Part shown: positions 1 through 10,247 of the stretch, in pieces | Position numbering within the stretch: the first letter of the stretch is position 1 | Layout: each line of letters begins with the position of its first letter | From: a virus | Taxonomy: Duplodnaviria > Caudoviricetes | Virus record (IMG/VR): IMGVR_UViG_3300045131_001670 | Location: 1 to 44,227 of that record | Direction: 5' to 3' (one strand) | Length of the DNA: 44,227 bases | Program-made: the position numbers and the translations under genes | Notes under the pieces: generated by a model | Database searches by the model: none | Told to the model about the DNA's origin: nothing | Seen by the model: the letters and a program-made list of their open reading frames with translations, nothing else

Positions 1-3000
1 TGTTTTTGAACCGATAGCTATATCAAATGTCATAGCATCAGCAGTTGCCGGAATATCTAAAATAATACTCGCACTCACCACTTGCTTGCGTTGCAATAAC
101 GGCTGTTCCCATCTTGCTGTTTCGTGATGGATATTACTAAATGCTCCAGTAAACTTATCGTAAAGCACAAGACTGGTTGATGCTGATGCGTTGACGTTTG
201 CTCCGATCGCATCGCCGGAATGCAACACCACAGTATGACCTGTAGAAATGCTTGATGTATTCCGTACCCACTTACCGCCAACGTCAAACTGATAACGATA
301 ACTGTCGGCAGCAGATGCCCCATCCGCAGGGAATGTTATTTCGTACCAGTGCTTATCCGGATAGTATACAGCGTATGCATTCTGTTTCTGTGTGGCAGTC
401 AAAGCACTGATGCGTTTGCGGATGCCTTTCAGTTCAACTATCTGCTCACCATTGAAAGAGTAAACGCTGTTATTACCTAACCAGCACAGTACTGAGTTTT
501 CGCACAGTTGAATGCTCTCGTGGCTATCGCACCCGATGGTATCATCAACAGGTGACATACCAAAATTAGTTTGTCCTGGATCTCCGGATATTCTCCATAC
601 CCCACGATTCTTAAATGCGAATACAAAGCCGCCGTACATTCCCAAACCTGTCAGTGCTTCGCCGTTTCCAACATCTATCCATCCGCCCATTTCCGGAGGG
701 GTGTCATCGAAGAATATGTCCGGACAATAATCAGCACGATTAATGCTTGATATGTAAATGCGGTTGTTTTTCGTATACCACATCCTGTTATGGTGTTCTG
801 ATATAATCTGACACCCTGCCGGAGGGCGGCTTGCATACGCCACCATAAATGGCTTGTTGTCCAAATTAATACCCAACATATGCACTGATGTTTTATCGGC
901 TTCAATGCTTGTCAGTAACACGAAGTCTGGTGATGTCGGGGTCGATATATAGATGTTTGTATATTTCGCTGTTGCACCGGCTTCCAGATAAATAGTAAAT
1001 CCGGATGTGGCACGATTAACATCAAAGGACATCTGCTCTGTCTGTCTGGATTCCACATAACCCATTTCGTCACGATAGATGTATGAATATCGCAGGTAAT
1101 AAGTACCCTGAGTTATGGGATTCGTAGTAGCAGTGTCCAGTGATACAACAGGCTTTACTTTAGGTGGTTGATAATCATCAAGAGTATAAACGCTTTGAAT
1201 CGTATTAGTGAAGAATTCCACTAATTGGACCCGATAATTTTCGCTGTCAACGACTGCTATTGTCCCATCATTTAATTGCTCTAATCCTAATGGGTTATTG
1301 AATTGTCCCGGTGCTGACCCATACGAACCGAAAAAGTAATAACTGTCATCAGCAAGAGTATATTTGCCAACACGATGGTTCTGATTATCGGTTAAGTAAA
1401 CATATGCATTATCATTTGACAACAGTAATCCTGCAATTTTAGTTGTCGTATCAGTAATAGTAAAAGTTTTAATTGTTGCACCAGTCGTTAAATTAAACTG
1501 ATAGAAAACGTTATTTCCTGTACTGTAATATCCAATACCATTTTTTACAGTCATCACTGTAGCGTTATTATTAGCCAATGTACACAATAAAGAATTATCT
1601 TTAAATGTGACAGTATATACACCAGAACCAGATTTTTCTAATTGAGTAATATAAACACGGCTTGCTCCGGAACTGGTATGAACACCTAACACATAATAAA
1701 ACGCAGAATCATAACTAATAGATGTACACGTTACGCCTGACGCTAAATTTGCTGTAGGACTGTACTCACCATTTCCATGACACCATAAAGCAGAATCTGT
1801 AATCGTGGTATTTACTACAATGTTATTTGTATCACCATAAAAAATACCAATAGTCGCTCCACCTATATTTGTAGCAGGAGTTACAGATGAAACGGAATTT
1901 GATAAAAGTCGTGGATAATATCTGCTGAAATATGTGTAATCATAATACAAAGCTTCCGATGTGACCATATCTGTCGAATATACAACACCATTTAACTGGT
2001 AATATATTTGTCCGGAATTATCAATATATAATCTGGCGTATATATTAGAAGAATTGCTTATTTTATAACTGGTTGGAGTTATAGGTGTCGTGGTTGTTTC
2101 ATCAAACTTAAACTTATAAATGTATGTATCAGTTCCCGGTACGTACACATAAATTAAATATATCCATCCACCATGTTCTTGAATACAATAATTAACATTG
2201 TTGACACCCAAATCATTATAGTGACTTGTTGCCACGTCATAAACTTTTCCATCAACTCCAGCATTAATAGCATATCTTGTGTTATCTGCTTGTACTTCAG
2301 TTGCTAAGTCAAGCAATGGAGGTTTGTATATCAAGTCATTATATTCTTGAATTCTAATGTTAGGAGATGCGTCTAAGTTATACGGCTTTCCAACAACTGC
2401 TATATGTTCGACACCTGATTCCATAACACTTTTAACAGCAATGGGAACCTGATTGTTTTTATACGAAGGCGAATTAGCCGCCGGTAAATACCCGGCACCT
2501 GGTGCTAAATCTCCCGGCGAAGATGACACGGCGTTTTTCAGTGGTGTTCCAAATATTTTTTTTACACGTGCTGTCCCATCAACAAAATACATACCGCCAT
2601 TTAACTCAGCAGCACGGATGGGATTAGCATGGTTAAGATTAATATCGCAGTCCAACTTTGATGTGGAAAACTTCATGGCATCGCTGTTGGTTATCATAAT
2701 GTCTGATGTTGTTCCGGATGCATTAGCAGTGTATAACACTAACCTCTTGCCACCAGTCACTGTATCGTAATCAGTGCGAGTTTCGTAATGCTCCCACAAT
2801 CTAACCTTTGTGCCACCACTGGTGATGGTAGCCGTTTCCCTTGCGACATCTGACTTTACCATCTTTGCTCCGGATGGTGTCAGCAGAACGTTCGCATTCT
2901 CCCAACAATCGTCATCACCTAATAACGAACGGCTATCGGTATCAAGATTGATACCTTTGTTAAACGTTATCACTTTTCCGATGTTGTTGTTCTTAGGCAT
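1..3000 (-). CDS. Tail nozzle / tail tubular protein B-like (P22 gp10-type) protein with internal NHL-repeat region; 3' end runs off the window
   Basis: Manual translation from ATG at 3000 (MPKNNNIGKVITFNKGINLDTDSRSLLGDDDCWENANVLL...) stays open for 1000 codons to position 1 (...FDIAIGSKT). Follows the adaptor gene. Has nozzle-like segments (HNRMWY..NRIYISS, IGCDSHESI) and an NHL repeat FGSYGSAPGQFNNPLGL...IAVVDSENYRVQ. Confidence 0.75.
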   Translation of the reverse strand, partial: MPKNNNIGKVITFNKGINLDTDSRSLLGDDDCWENANVLLTPSGAKMVKSDVARETATITSGGTKVRLWEHYETRTDYDTVTGGKRLVLYTANASGTTSDIMITNSDAMKFSTSKLDCDINLNHANPIRAAELNGGMYFVDGTARVKKIFGTPLKNAVSSSPGDLAPGAGYLPAANSPSYKNNQVPIAVKSVMESGVEHIAVVGKPYNLDASPNIRIQEYNDLIYKPPLLDLATEVQADNTRYAINAGVDGKVYDVATSHYNDLGVNNVNYCIQEHGGWIYLIYVYVPGTDTYIYKFKFDETTTTPITPTSYKISNSSNIYARLYIDNSGQIYYQLNGVVYSTDMVTSEALYYDYTYFSRYYPRLLSNSVSSVTPATNIGGATIGIFYGDTNNIVVNTTITDSALWCHGNGEYSPTANLASGVTCTSISYDSAFYYVLGVHTSSGASRVYITQLEKSGSGVYTVTFKDNSLLCTLANNNATVMTVKNGIGYYSTGNNVFYQFNLTTGATIKTFTITDTTTKIAGLLLSNDNAYVYLTDNQNHRVGKYTLADDSYYFFGSYGSAPGQFNNPLGLEQLNDGTIAVVDSENYRVQLVEFFTNTIQSVYTLDDYQPPKVKPVVSLDTATTNPITQGTYYLRYSYIYRDEMGYVESRQTEQMSFDVNRATSGFTIYLEAGATAKYTNIYISTPTSPDFVLLTSIEADKTSVHMLGINLDNKPFMVAYASRPPAGCQIISEHHNRMWYTKNNRIYISSINRADYCPDIFFDDTPPEMGGWIDVGNGEALTGLGMYGGFVFAFKNRGVWRISGDPGQTNFGMSPVDDTIGCDSHESIQLCENSVLCWLGNNSVYSFNGEQIVELKGIRKRISALTATQKQNAYAVYYPDKHWYEITFPADGASAADSYRYQFDVGGKWVRNTSSISTGHTVVLHSGDAIGANVNASASTSLVLYDKFTGAFSNIHHETARWEQPLLQRKQVVSASIILDIPATADAMTFDIAIGSKT

Positions 3001-3748
3001 AAATTGTCTGAGTCCTCTGGATGTCGCAAGCTTCATTCCATAATGACATTGCCGCTTGCGCCCTCGCAACACACGCAGGATCATCTGCAAGGATAGTCAT
3101 TCCTATACGACCGACCGCATAGAATATCGGTGCTTCTTCTACTTCCGGACGCAACACGAAAGATGACGCTCCGGAGGTGAGGACACCATACATACCTGTT
3201 CCCGGTGTGGCAACAGGGAAACATCGGATATTGAGTATCAGCGAATGAGTTGTGGTGATTTCTGTGGTGACATCGGTGATGATTGTTTCTACCGCAGGAA
3301 CTGTCGGACACGGCAGCAGGATGATAGATGGAACTGATGACGATGTGCTTGCCGACTGTTTTGAAACCCATGCGTATGTTGCCGGACCTGTATAGTTATT
3401 CTTTAAATAAGCTAATCCAAAATTGCTGATGGCTTCGGCTTCAGTAATAAACGTTATGTCACGATACTGATATGTAAACGTGGGTGTTCCACCATCTATT
3501 TTTGTCTGGATTGTTGTCTTATATACTATCCCTTTGATAGTTATTAAATCTTTAGGCAAGGCGTATTCCGCTGTTCCGGATACGATAGCGATGGTATCTT
3601 CACGATTAAGACAGTTGGTTTCCCGGCAAAACCTTGCGTAGCCATCGTTCAGATAACGCTCAACCATAGTTGAAGTCAAATGACTGTTATTAGTCGATGG
3701 CTCTTTAAGCATTTCGTATACTCTTGCTGTTGCATCTGTTAATGTCAT
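2993..3748 (-). CDS. Head-tail adaptor / tail tubular protein A-like
   Basis: N-terminus with YLNDGYARFCRETNCL then IVSGTAEYALPKD typical of podophage adaptor proteins; directly upstream of the nozzle-like gene. Confidence 0.7.
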   Translation of the reverse strand: MTLTDATARVYEMLKEPSTNNSHLTSTMVERYLNDGYARFCRETNCLNREDTIAIVSGTAEYALPKDLITIKGIVYKTTIQTKIDGGTPTFTYQYRDITFITEAEAISNFGLAYLKNNYTGPATYAWVSKQSASTSSSVPSIILLPCPTVPAVETIITDVTTEITTTHSLILNIRCFPVATPGTGMYGVLTSGASSFVLRPEVEEAPIFYAVGRIGMTILADDPACVARAQAAMSLWNEACDIQRTQTIYA

Positions 3749-3759
3749 TTCTTATCCCC

Positions 3760-4704
3760 TCACATAAATATAATCTGCGGTACAAACGCTGATACAACTG
3801 GTGCATCTGATTTTAAAACAAAATGTTGGTATGCATACCCAGTGTCCAGATATGCAGGATTATTACCTGTTGCGTATGTACCTGTTATACCAGATAAATT
3901 ATTAGGATATTTTCTTACTGCACCTCCATCTGTGGCTGATACCCAAACATTATCGTCACTATCTATAGCAACACCCAACGCACCAACAGAACCATAAACT
4001 GCAACTTCTGTTCCGGAACTATTAAGTTTAATAATACTTCCGTGGGTATAGTTAGTTACAAACATATTATTATTTGAATCAAGTGCTATAGCGAAACACC
4101 CTGCTCTTGTAGTATAAGATTCCATTACAGCACCAGTTGCGCCATTGATTTTGCGTACACGGTCGGCACCAAAACAACATATTAAAATATTGCCGTCTAA
4201 GTCAGCACATAACTGTTTAGGAGAGTCACCAGCAGTTAAGGCGAAGGTAGTCACTGTTCCATTAGCCACTGTTATCCTTGATACGCTATTGCTTGTTGAA
4301 TTAGTACACCACACGTAACCATTGCAATCTGCTGTTATACCATACGCAAAAGTTTCAACAGTATATGTAGCAAGAACTGTACCATCAGTATCGATTTTAG
4401 TTACAGTATTGCCTGTTCCATCACCACCATTAGCTGTCCATATTTTTCCGTCTTTATCAAGACAGCACGAAAATGCTGCAGGTAAAGAGTTATTATAAGT
4501 CCATAAACTTCCTAAGTCTAATGTCGCTTTATAAAGATAACCATTTAAACCGACTGACCACACATAGCCGTTAATGTCTACAGCAGTTCCGATAGCGTTT
4601 GTCATTGTGCGGTCTGCGACAAAACTACCATCAGCTTTGTTTAACTGTCGTACAATATTACCTGTATAGCATGGCACATAAATATGTGGTGTAACAATAG
4701 CCAT
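3760..4704 (-). CDS. Vgb/NHL-like beta-propeller protein, probable virion component
   Basis: About 40-aa repeats such as GTAVDINGYVW, CLDKDGKIWTAN, GITADCNGYVWCTN, AIALDSNNNMFVTN, GVAIDSDDNVWVS; lies in the tail cluster. Confidence 0.75.
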   Translation of the reverse strand: MAIVTPHIYVPCYTGNIVRQLNKADGSFVADRTMTNAIGTAVDINGYVWSVGLNGYLYKATLDLGSLWTYNNSLPAAFSCCLDKDGKIWTANGGDGTGNTVTKIDTDGTVLATYTVETFAYGITADCNGYVWCTNSTSNSVSRITVANGTVTTFALTAGDSPKQLCADLDGNILICCFGADRVRKINGATGAVMESYTTRAGCFAIALDSNNNMFVTNYTHGSIIKLNSSGTEVAVYGSVGALGVAIDSDDNVWVSATDGGAVRKYPNNLSGITGTYATGNNPAYLDTGYAYQHFVLKSDAPVVSAFVPQIIFM

Positions 4705-5240
4705 TATTTATACTCCAATACTACCCTTAAACCTTTGGGAGCAGTAGTTGATACGCCAGTCACATAAATCTTAATCAAGTCGTTTGTCGCCACGTCATCA
4801 TAAGACGCATTTACAGTTCCAACAGTAGCAAGAGTGTCTCCACTTGCAATGGAAATAGCAGTTGATAAGGCATCATTGCTTGCATACTTAGTCATATTCC
4901 GGACTTGTATCGTTGTCGCATTAGTTGTCCCTGCGGTAGTCACATCAGCTATAGCACGTTGCAATGTCATTCCATTATAATTAGATGGAATACGGACATA
5001 CGCTATCTGACTTGCCACATCTGTATCATCAGCAACTAACTGAACCTGAAATGATTCGTTTCGTATAGCAGGATATAACGTATCTGTATACGCTTTTATA
5101 GTAGCTTTGACATTAGCCCATGTAACCTTTTTTAGTTTGCTACTATCGGCACTGTCTACAATAGCAATAGTATCTGCGTCAACAGGAGTTGTCTTCGCTG
5201 TTGCGCTTTTCATTAGTACATCTAATTTTGTCTTTTCCAT
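4704..5240 (-). CDS. Putative tail fibre-associated structural protein
   Basis: TAKTTPVDADTIAIVDSADSSKLKKVTWANVKA motif resembles repeats common in phage fibre proteins; tail cluster context. Confidence 0.55.
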   Translation of the reverse strand: MEKTKLDVLMKSATAKTTPVDADTIAIVDSADSSKLKKVTWANVKATIKAYTDTLYPAIRNESFQVQLVADDTDVASQIAYVRIPSNYNGMTLQRAIADVTTAGTTNATTIQVRNMTKYASNDALSTAISIASGDTLATVGTVNASYDDVATNDLIKIYVTGVSTTAPKGLRVVLEYK

Positions 5241-5251
5241 TACATTACCCC

Positions 5252-6688
5252 TTACGATTCAAAACCTTTAATATTTGATTTCAGCACATCAGCTAACTGA
5301 TAGTATCCATATCGTGTCGGATGAAGTCCATCATTATATTTCATAACACTTGATACGTTTCTTATATTAGGTGTCGATAGTTCTTGTGTAAAATTATTAA
5401 TAGTATCTAAATTAATATGATATGGTAACGCATATACATTAGTAAAAGAGTTTGAATTAAGATAACTTAAAATAGATTCATTTAATAAATATCTATTTCT
5501 TGCATACCTCTTTTGAGTTAATCCATTATTATAATTATCTCCAAACGCTTCCTGATAATAACACGGTGCAATAGTCATTAATACGCCAATTTTTAAATTA
5601 GCATTATATGCTTTAATGTTATTTATTAACGCTAACAAATTGCTATTGTATGTTGTTAAAACAGGATATAAAGTTGCATCTGTATTATAACCTGTTATAT
5701 CATTAATACCGGTATGAATATATACCCAATCATTATCATTTAAAGTAAAAGAATTATCAGACATATATTTTGTAAAGTTTAACGCTCCATTTCTAAAGAA
5801 AAAGTTTAATTTTATAGATGCGTCTACATTACTTGTATACGTAACTGTAGCACTACCTGTAATAGCATAGCCTCCTTCTGCTGTTAACGTAATAACTCCG
5901 TCACCAGTCCTACTTCCAGAAGCAACCTTGGTTGTATATGTAGCGTCTTTATAAACTCCAAGAGTTCTTGTTGTTCCGCTATTAGTTAATCGTAAATATA
6001 TAATTCCTAATTCCGTTGTATCATTTATTGTAAAGTTATCAAAAGTATAATTAGTTATAGATGTTCCAACGTTTGTTGCTACACCTGTATTGTTTACATA
6101 ATATGATAATCTCCAACCGCTTCTTCCTTCGTGATTAACTGTTCTTGAATATCCATCTGAATCCCAATTAGCCGTTACTATAGAACCAACAGTATTAATA
6201 TCCATTACATCAGCAGTAGAACCAGATGCAGGTGAAGCACGATTATACTTAAACAAATTAACTAATTCTGCTAATACATAACCATTTGCTGTAGTAGAAT
6301 CACCAATCATCATTATATTTTTAGTTACACCATTCCCTACACTTAACGCTTTTGTAACAACAGTGCAAGTTATTTTCTTAATTAATACTTCATTATAATA
6401 TATATCTAAAGTCCACGTAACACTCCCAGCATCACTGACAGTAGGTGTATATGTCCAACGATTATCTTCCTGCTTTCCTTTTGTACAAGTAACATCAAAA
6501 CGATATTCTAAACCTAAGTCAAAAACATCGGTAGACATTCTTAAAAAAGAATCCCAGTATATATTTAATTCTCTACCTTCTAATGCGTATATTGTGGAAG
6601 GTAAACAATGGTTTACCACTGTCCTGTCATCAGGATAAAGACTATAATTATACATTTCGCTACCTTCTAAAAATAATGGTTTTCTCAT
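5252..6688 (-). CDS. SGNH/GDSL hydrolase (esterase/deacetylase), probably virion-associated
   Basis: All four SGNH blocks present: IGDSTT, HEGRSGW, HTGINDI, DGLHP. Markedly AT-rich. Confidence 0.85.
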   Translation of the reverse strand: MRKPLFLEGSEMYNYSLYPDDRTVVNHCLPSTIYALEGRELNIYWDSFLRMSTDVFDLGLEYRFDVTCTKGKQEDNRWTYTPTVSDAGSVTWTLDIYYNEVLIKKITCTVVTKALSVGNGVTKNIMMIGDSTTANGYVLAELVNLFKYNRASPASGSTADVMDINTVGSIVTANWDSDGYSRTVNHEGRSGWRLSYYVNNTGVATNVGTSITNYTFDNFTINDTTELGIIYLRLTNSGTTRTLGVYKDATYTTKVASGSRTGDGVITLTAEGGYAITGSATVTYTSNVDASIKLNFFFRNGALNFTKYMSDNSFTLNDNDWVYIHTGINDITGYNTDATLYPVLTTYNSNLLALINNIKAYNANLKIGVLMTIAPCYYQEAFGDNYNNGLTQKRYARNRYLLNESILSYLNSNSFTNVYALPYHINLDTINNFTQELSTPNIRNVSSVMKYNDGLHPTRYGYYQLADVLKSNIKGFES

Positions 6689-6703
6689 TTCAAAACCTTT
6701 TGT

Positions 6704-6729
6704 TATAGGGGCAGTTTCCCACCCCTATA
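6704..6729 (-). terminator. Hairpin, possible intrinsic terminator
   Basis: Stem tatagggg/cccctata right after the stop of 6732-7214; U-tract is weak. Confidence 0.4.
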
Positions 6730-6731
6730 GA

Positions 6732-7214
6732 TTAGTTGCGTTCACAGGTCAACTCTACGCTAAACTGTTGTCCGCTTGTCGGTGTTGTCGTTCCAGTCAT
6801 TAACTGCAACACACCATAGATGTTCATATCAGCAACCTGATTATATGCAAATGTTCCGGTCCATTCTGACATGGCACACGCTGTCCCTACCGCTTGCATA
6901 ACAGGCATATCAATAAAACCTATTTCATTGCCTGTGTCAGTGATATTTAATGCGGCGTTGTCAACAGCAACAGAATATGAACTTGATTTGAAAAGCCATA
7001 TTCTGCACTGTGCCAGAAATAACGGATTGTTTGTTTTGAGCAGTACCTTAGTGATATAACCACTGCCGCCTGTGTTGCTCGATGCCAAAAAGGTCAACAA
7101 AGTTGTTGCTGTCTTTGAATTAGTTATGGCATCACCCGGAGTATAATCTACTACAGGTGACTCGGTCGGACGGCTAAAGGTTGCTCTCGTTACATTTTGT
7201 TCACCGAATGGCAT
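6732..7214 (-). CDS. Putative virion structural protein
   Basis: 160-aa T/S-rich, beta-rich ORF in the structural operon. Confidence 0.55.
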   Translation of the reverse strand: MPFGEQNVTRATFSRPTESPVVDYTPGDAITNSKTATTLLTFLASSNTGGSGYITKVLLKTNNPLFLAQCRIWLFKSSSYSVAVDNAALNITDTGNEIGFIDMPVMQAVGTACAMSEWTGTFAYNQVADMNIYGVLQLMTGTTTPTSGQQFSVELTCERN

Positions 7215-7226
7215 TTTACACCGCCT

Positions 7227-8063
7227 TTAAACGTTATAAGTCATTGTGCAATCGCTTGCATTAGATACGTACCATTTTGTACCATCGCAAAAGATTCTGG
7301 CTACTGCTCCTATCTTTTCACTGGAAGTCTTAAACTCACAGGAAACTATAGCGGCACTACCTTTAGCAACTAACTCACCAGCGGTCTGCGGAGATATGGT
7401 AATATCGTTATCTTGCGTATTAATAACAGTAAAACAAACACCTTTTCTGGCAGAAGCCATTGTCGGTAATACTAATGTTCTTGCACCATTATACGACAAT
7501 GTTATAACCGCATTAGCAACAGTATTATTTATAGTTGTAGATTGTGTGGCATAATCTAATATCTGCGAATACAAAATAGGCTGTGATACAGAATTACCAA
7601 TTTGAGTTAACAACATAGCACCAGTACTTGCATTATATGTTGCACCTGCATCAGTTTTTGGTGCAAGGTTTCCGGTTGCATCTTCAAACAACGCAACATA
7701 ACAAGTGGTATCAGTGGTATCGGCAACAACAACCTGAGTAGCAGCACCAGTTAACGCACCAACGAAAGTTGTTGCGGTACAAACACCGCCGACAAAGGTT
7801 ACGCCTTCGATAGTGATGTTCTTTCCAGTGTATGCGTTAATTGTGCTGTTAGCGTTAGTCAACGCTGTTATGGTAGTTCCATCAACTTCCCAGTGACCAT
7901 CAAGAACGATGTCCTGTCCGGCTAAAGGAGTGATGTTGATATCTCCAGAGGTAGATGATATTGTATTGCCGTCCAGCAAAATGTTGTCCACAGCCACTTT
8001 TTCGGTCAGCAATTCATCGCACTGGAGTTTTGTGAAAAATGTATAATCGATTTGTCTTGCCAT
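7227..8063 (-). CDS. Putative virion structural / head fibre protein
   Basis: Follows the capsid gene. Segments DNILLDGNTISSTSGDINITP and TLVLPTMASARKGVCFTVIN...IFCDGTKWY resemble fibre/decoration proteins. Confidence 0.55.
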   Translation of the reverse strand: MARQIDYTFFTKLQCDELLTEKVAVDNILLDGNTISSTSGDINITPLAGQDIVLDGHWEVDGTTITALTNANSTINAYTGKNITIEGVTFVGGVCTATTFVGALTGAATQVVVADTTDTTCYVALFEDATGNLAPKTDAGATYNASTGAMLLTQIGNSVSQPILYSQILDYATQSTTINNTVANAVITLSYNGARTLVLPTMASARKGVCFTVINTQDNDITISPQTAGELVAKGSAAIVSCEFKTSSEKIGAVARIFCDGTKWYVSNASDCTMTYNV

Positions 8064-8084
8064 TTTTTTTACTCCGAAAATAAA

Positions 8085-8112
8085 TAAGGGGAGAGTATTT
8101 CGTCTCCCCTTA
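8085..8112 (-). terminator. Intrinsic terminator after the major capsid gene
   Basis: 10-bp stem taaggggaga/tctcccctta followed by tttatttt on the minus strand. Confidence 0.7.
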
Positions 8113-8123
8113 AGTTTAGTTAG

Positions 8124-9065
8124 TTAAACACCGGTAGATCCGACCCATCCACGCCAGTCTTTCGCTCCAACCTGGAAACCGAAGATTGCGTCATGGATAG
8201 TACTCTTTAAGTTGTTATCCTTGTACATCGTCTGTTCCAACGGCTGGGAAACCTTGCAGATAGTCTTGGTGTCGGCGGCTTTTACAAACCATGCGTGGGA
8301 ATCGTCTAACCACGGACATACAACTGGCTTGATGCCTTTCTTCGCTAAAGCGTTCGGGGTGTTGTTGCCAGTGTCTGGTCGCCATCCGGCGTGACCGAGA
8401 ACTTCATCGGCGATGAACTGCATATCAGTTGGGACCCACAGTTCAGCGGCTTTGTAATTCATCTTGTTGCCACGATCATCCTTGGTGTTTTCCAACAGGT
8501 TAACGGCTGTCTGTAAGGATGTTACGGATAATGCGCCGGTTGTTAAGTTGGAGCAGGTTAAACCATTCAGAAGTTTGTGTGCTGCGGAGAAGAAGTATAC
8601 ATTATCTGTTGCGTTCCAGACAGTTGTAAACCCTTCGTTCAGATAAGAGAACGCAAATTTCTGTCGGGTGATTTGAGCCTGTTTAGCCAGTGACGAAACC
8701 ATGTCCGCCATGACTTCCCGGTATTGCAGAAATTTCATGAACTTCCATGAGAAGGCGATACCATCTCTCCAGAACTTCTGAACCAGAGTGGTTGCGTACA
8801 TCATATCGATGTTCTGTAACCGCTGACCTGATTCGCCATCCCAGTCATGGAAGTCGGTTAACCCGGCGAATCCCTGTGATGTTTCCTGTATCATGTCGGT
8901 GTTAGACACTTTAAAGGCACGAGGAATCCAGTCTTCCACTGAGTCCACTTCGGTGATGAATAAATCAGCGAGGGATTTCAAATACAATGGAATCGGCAGG
9001 GTTCCGGCAGGAGTTGACACTCCAGTAGTGAACTGATTATAAGTTGTTGGTCCAAGTGCTGGCAT
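8124..9065 (-). CDS. Major capsid protein (HK97 fold, Mu gpT-like)
   Basis: 313 aa; FFSAAH, LWVPTDMQFIADEVL, PVVCPWLDDSHAWFV and DWRGWVGSTG end motifs; follows scaffold/decoration genes and precedes a terminator. Confidence 0.85.
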   Translation of the reverse strand: MPALGPTTYNQFTTGVSTPAGTLPIPLYLKSLADLFITEVDSVEDWIPRAFKVSNTDMIQETSQGFAGLTDFHDWDGESGQRLQNIDMMYATTLVQKFWRDGIAFSWKFMKFLQYREVMADMVSSLAKQAQITRQKFAFSYLNEGFTTVWNATDNVYFFSAAHKLLNGLTCSNLTTGALSVTSLQTAVNLLENTKDDRGNKMNYKAAELWVPTDMQFIADEVLGHAGWRPDTGNNTPNALAKKGIKPVVCPWLDDSHAWFVKAADTKTICKVSQPLEQTMYKDNNLKSTIHDAIFGFQVGAKDWRGWVGSTGV

Positions 9066-9069
9066 TGTG

Positions 9070-9495
9070 TTATCCTCCTACTAAGTTTTGGTTTGCACCG
9101 GAAACAGGCTTAACCCATGCTTTTTTAGTGTTGTTAGGGTCAAGTGCTGAAATGAATAAAATGTCGTATCCTGCCTCGTTATCATTGAGGACAGCATCGC
9201 CGGAGGTAACTGTTATTCCAGAAGGAACACCAACATTGCCCTGACCGACTGCATTTTCAGTTTCGATGAGTATCTCTACTCCATCAAGAAACGGAAGAAA
9301 TGTAATAGGGGAATCTTCAGCAGCACCGGCGTTAAGACCAATGCCGATTACTTTAACGCCATTAGTAGCTACTTCTTTTAACTTTCCGTTAGTTTCGAGG
9401 TAGAGTAAGGCATTTGCGTGGGTAGCACCATAAGCAACACCATTCATGGTTGCTGGCATACCGGTTCCAGTCGTAGTTCGTACTTCGTATATCAT
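9070..9495 (-). CDS. Putative capsid decoration/cement protein
   Basis: 141-aa G/A/V-rich ORF directly upstream of the capsid gene. Confidence 0.55.
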   Translation of the reverse strand: MIYEVRTTTGTGMPATMNGVAYGATHANALLYLETNGKLKEVATNGVKVIGIGLNAGAAEDSPITFLPFLDGVEILIETENAVGQGNVGVPSGITVTSGDAVLNDNEAGYDILFISALDPNNTKKAWVKPVSGANQNLVGG

Positions 9496-9573
9496 GGGAT
9501 TTCCTCACGATACAGTGGAAATAATCAGACCGGATCCGGTATGTAAAAGATTTACCAGAAAGAAGGATTCTGA

Positions 9574-10218
9574 TTATTCAATTTTTATGGACGCTTGCGG
9601 CGAAGTAACTACATCACCAAAACCTCTGGTGTCTATTCGGGAAACCATTTCATTACGCCCCTCTCGGAGTGTATTGTTTTTTTCTGCTTCTCGTTTTTTA
9701 GCTACATATGCCATGCGAGCATCACAATGCTTTTGTGTTTCCACTGCCAGAACACAATCAGCATAACGTGCCATTCCATCGGGTCCACGTGTTATCATGG
9801 ACATATTCTCGATGTAGTTTGGCGCATCCTGATACTTTAGATACACTACATCATTTCTGGAATACAAAGCCATCGCGCCTGGTGTAGCCATAACAGGTGT
9901 TACGACATAGCCGGGTTTAGCAATTATGGGATGTTTTCCATCAACTGATGGTGGTGCAAATTCATCGCTCAACAATAACGAGTCCTGAGGAGCAGGAGTG
10001 TTCGTGTCTTCTGTAATAACGGCGATGGTTTCTTTTTCTTCGATTTTTGCTTCGATCTGAGTCGGTTGTACCGGCTCCATAGCTGGAGGTGGCGGTACTG
10101 GGGGTAACCCAGATTTTGGTTTTTCTGCTGGTTTCGGAGTCGGCTTCTTAACGGTTTCCGGTTGCAGGGCGTTAAGCTTGGACGAGTCCTTGATTAATTC
10201 TGTTGGTATTTTAGGCAT
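9574..10218 (-). CDS. Hypothetical head-module protein with Pro-rich N-terminus
   Basis: ORF with RBS between the scaffold and decoration genes. Confidence 0.6.
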   Translation of the reverse strand: MPKIPTELIKDSSKLNALQPETVKKPTPKPAEKPKSGLPPVPPPPAMEPVQPTQIEAKIEEKETIAVITEDTNTPAPQDSLLLSDEFAPPSVDGKHPIIAKPGYVVTPVMATPGAMALYSRNDVVYLKYQDAPNYIENMSMITRGPDGMARYADCVLAVETQKHCDARMAYVAKKREAEKNNTLREGRNEMVSRIDTRGFGDVVTSPQASIKIE

Positions 10219-10247
10219 ATCATTTCCTTTTTGTCAATAGACAATAA

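Noticed and set aside
1-2990. Apparent 3-kb gene desert in the ORF track (possible stop-codon recoding or non-coding region)
   Set aside because: It is a single open minus-strand frame whose stop lies outside the window. Other genes read normally in the standard code, so there is no sign of recoding.
75-3371. Short track ORFs 75-323, 512-730, 675-905, 2453-2770, 2810-3043, 3081-3371
   Set aside because: Shadow frames overlapping the nozzle and adaptor genes.
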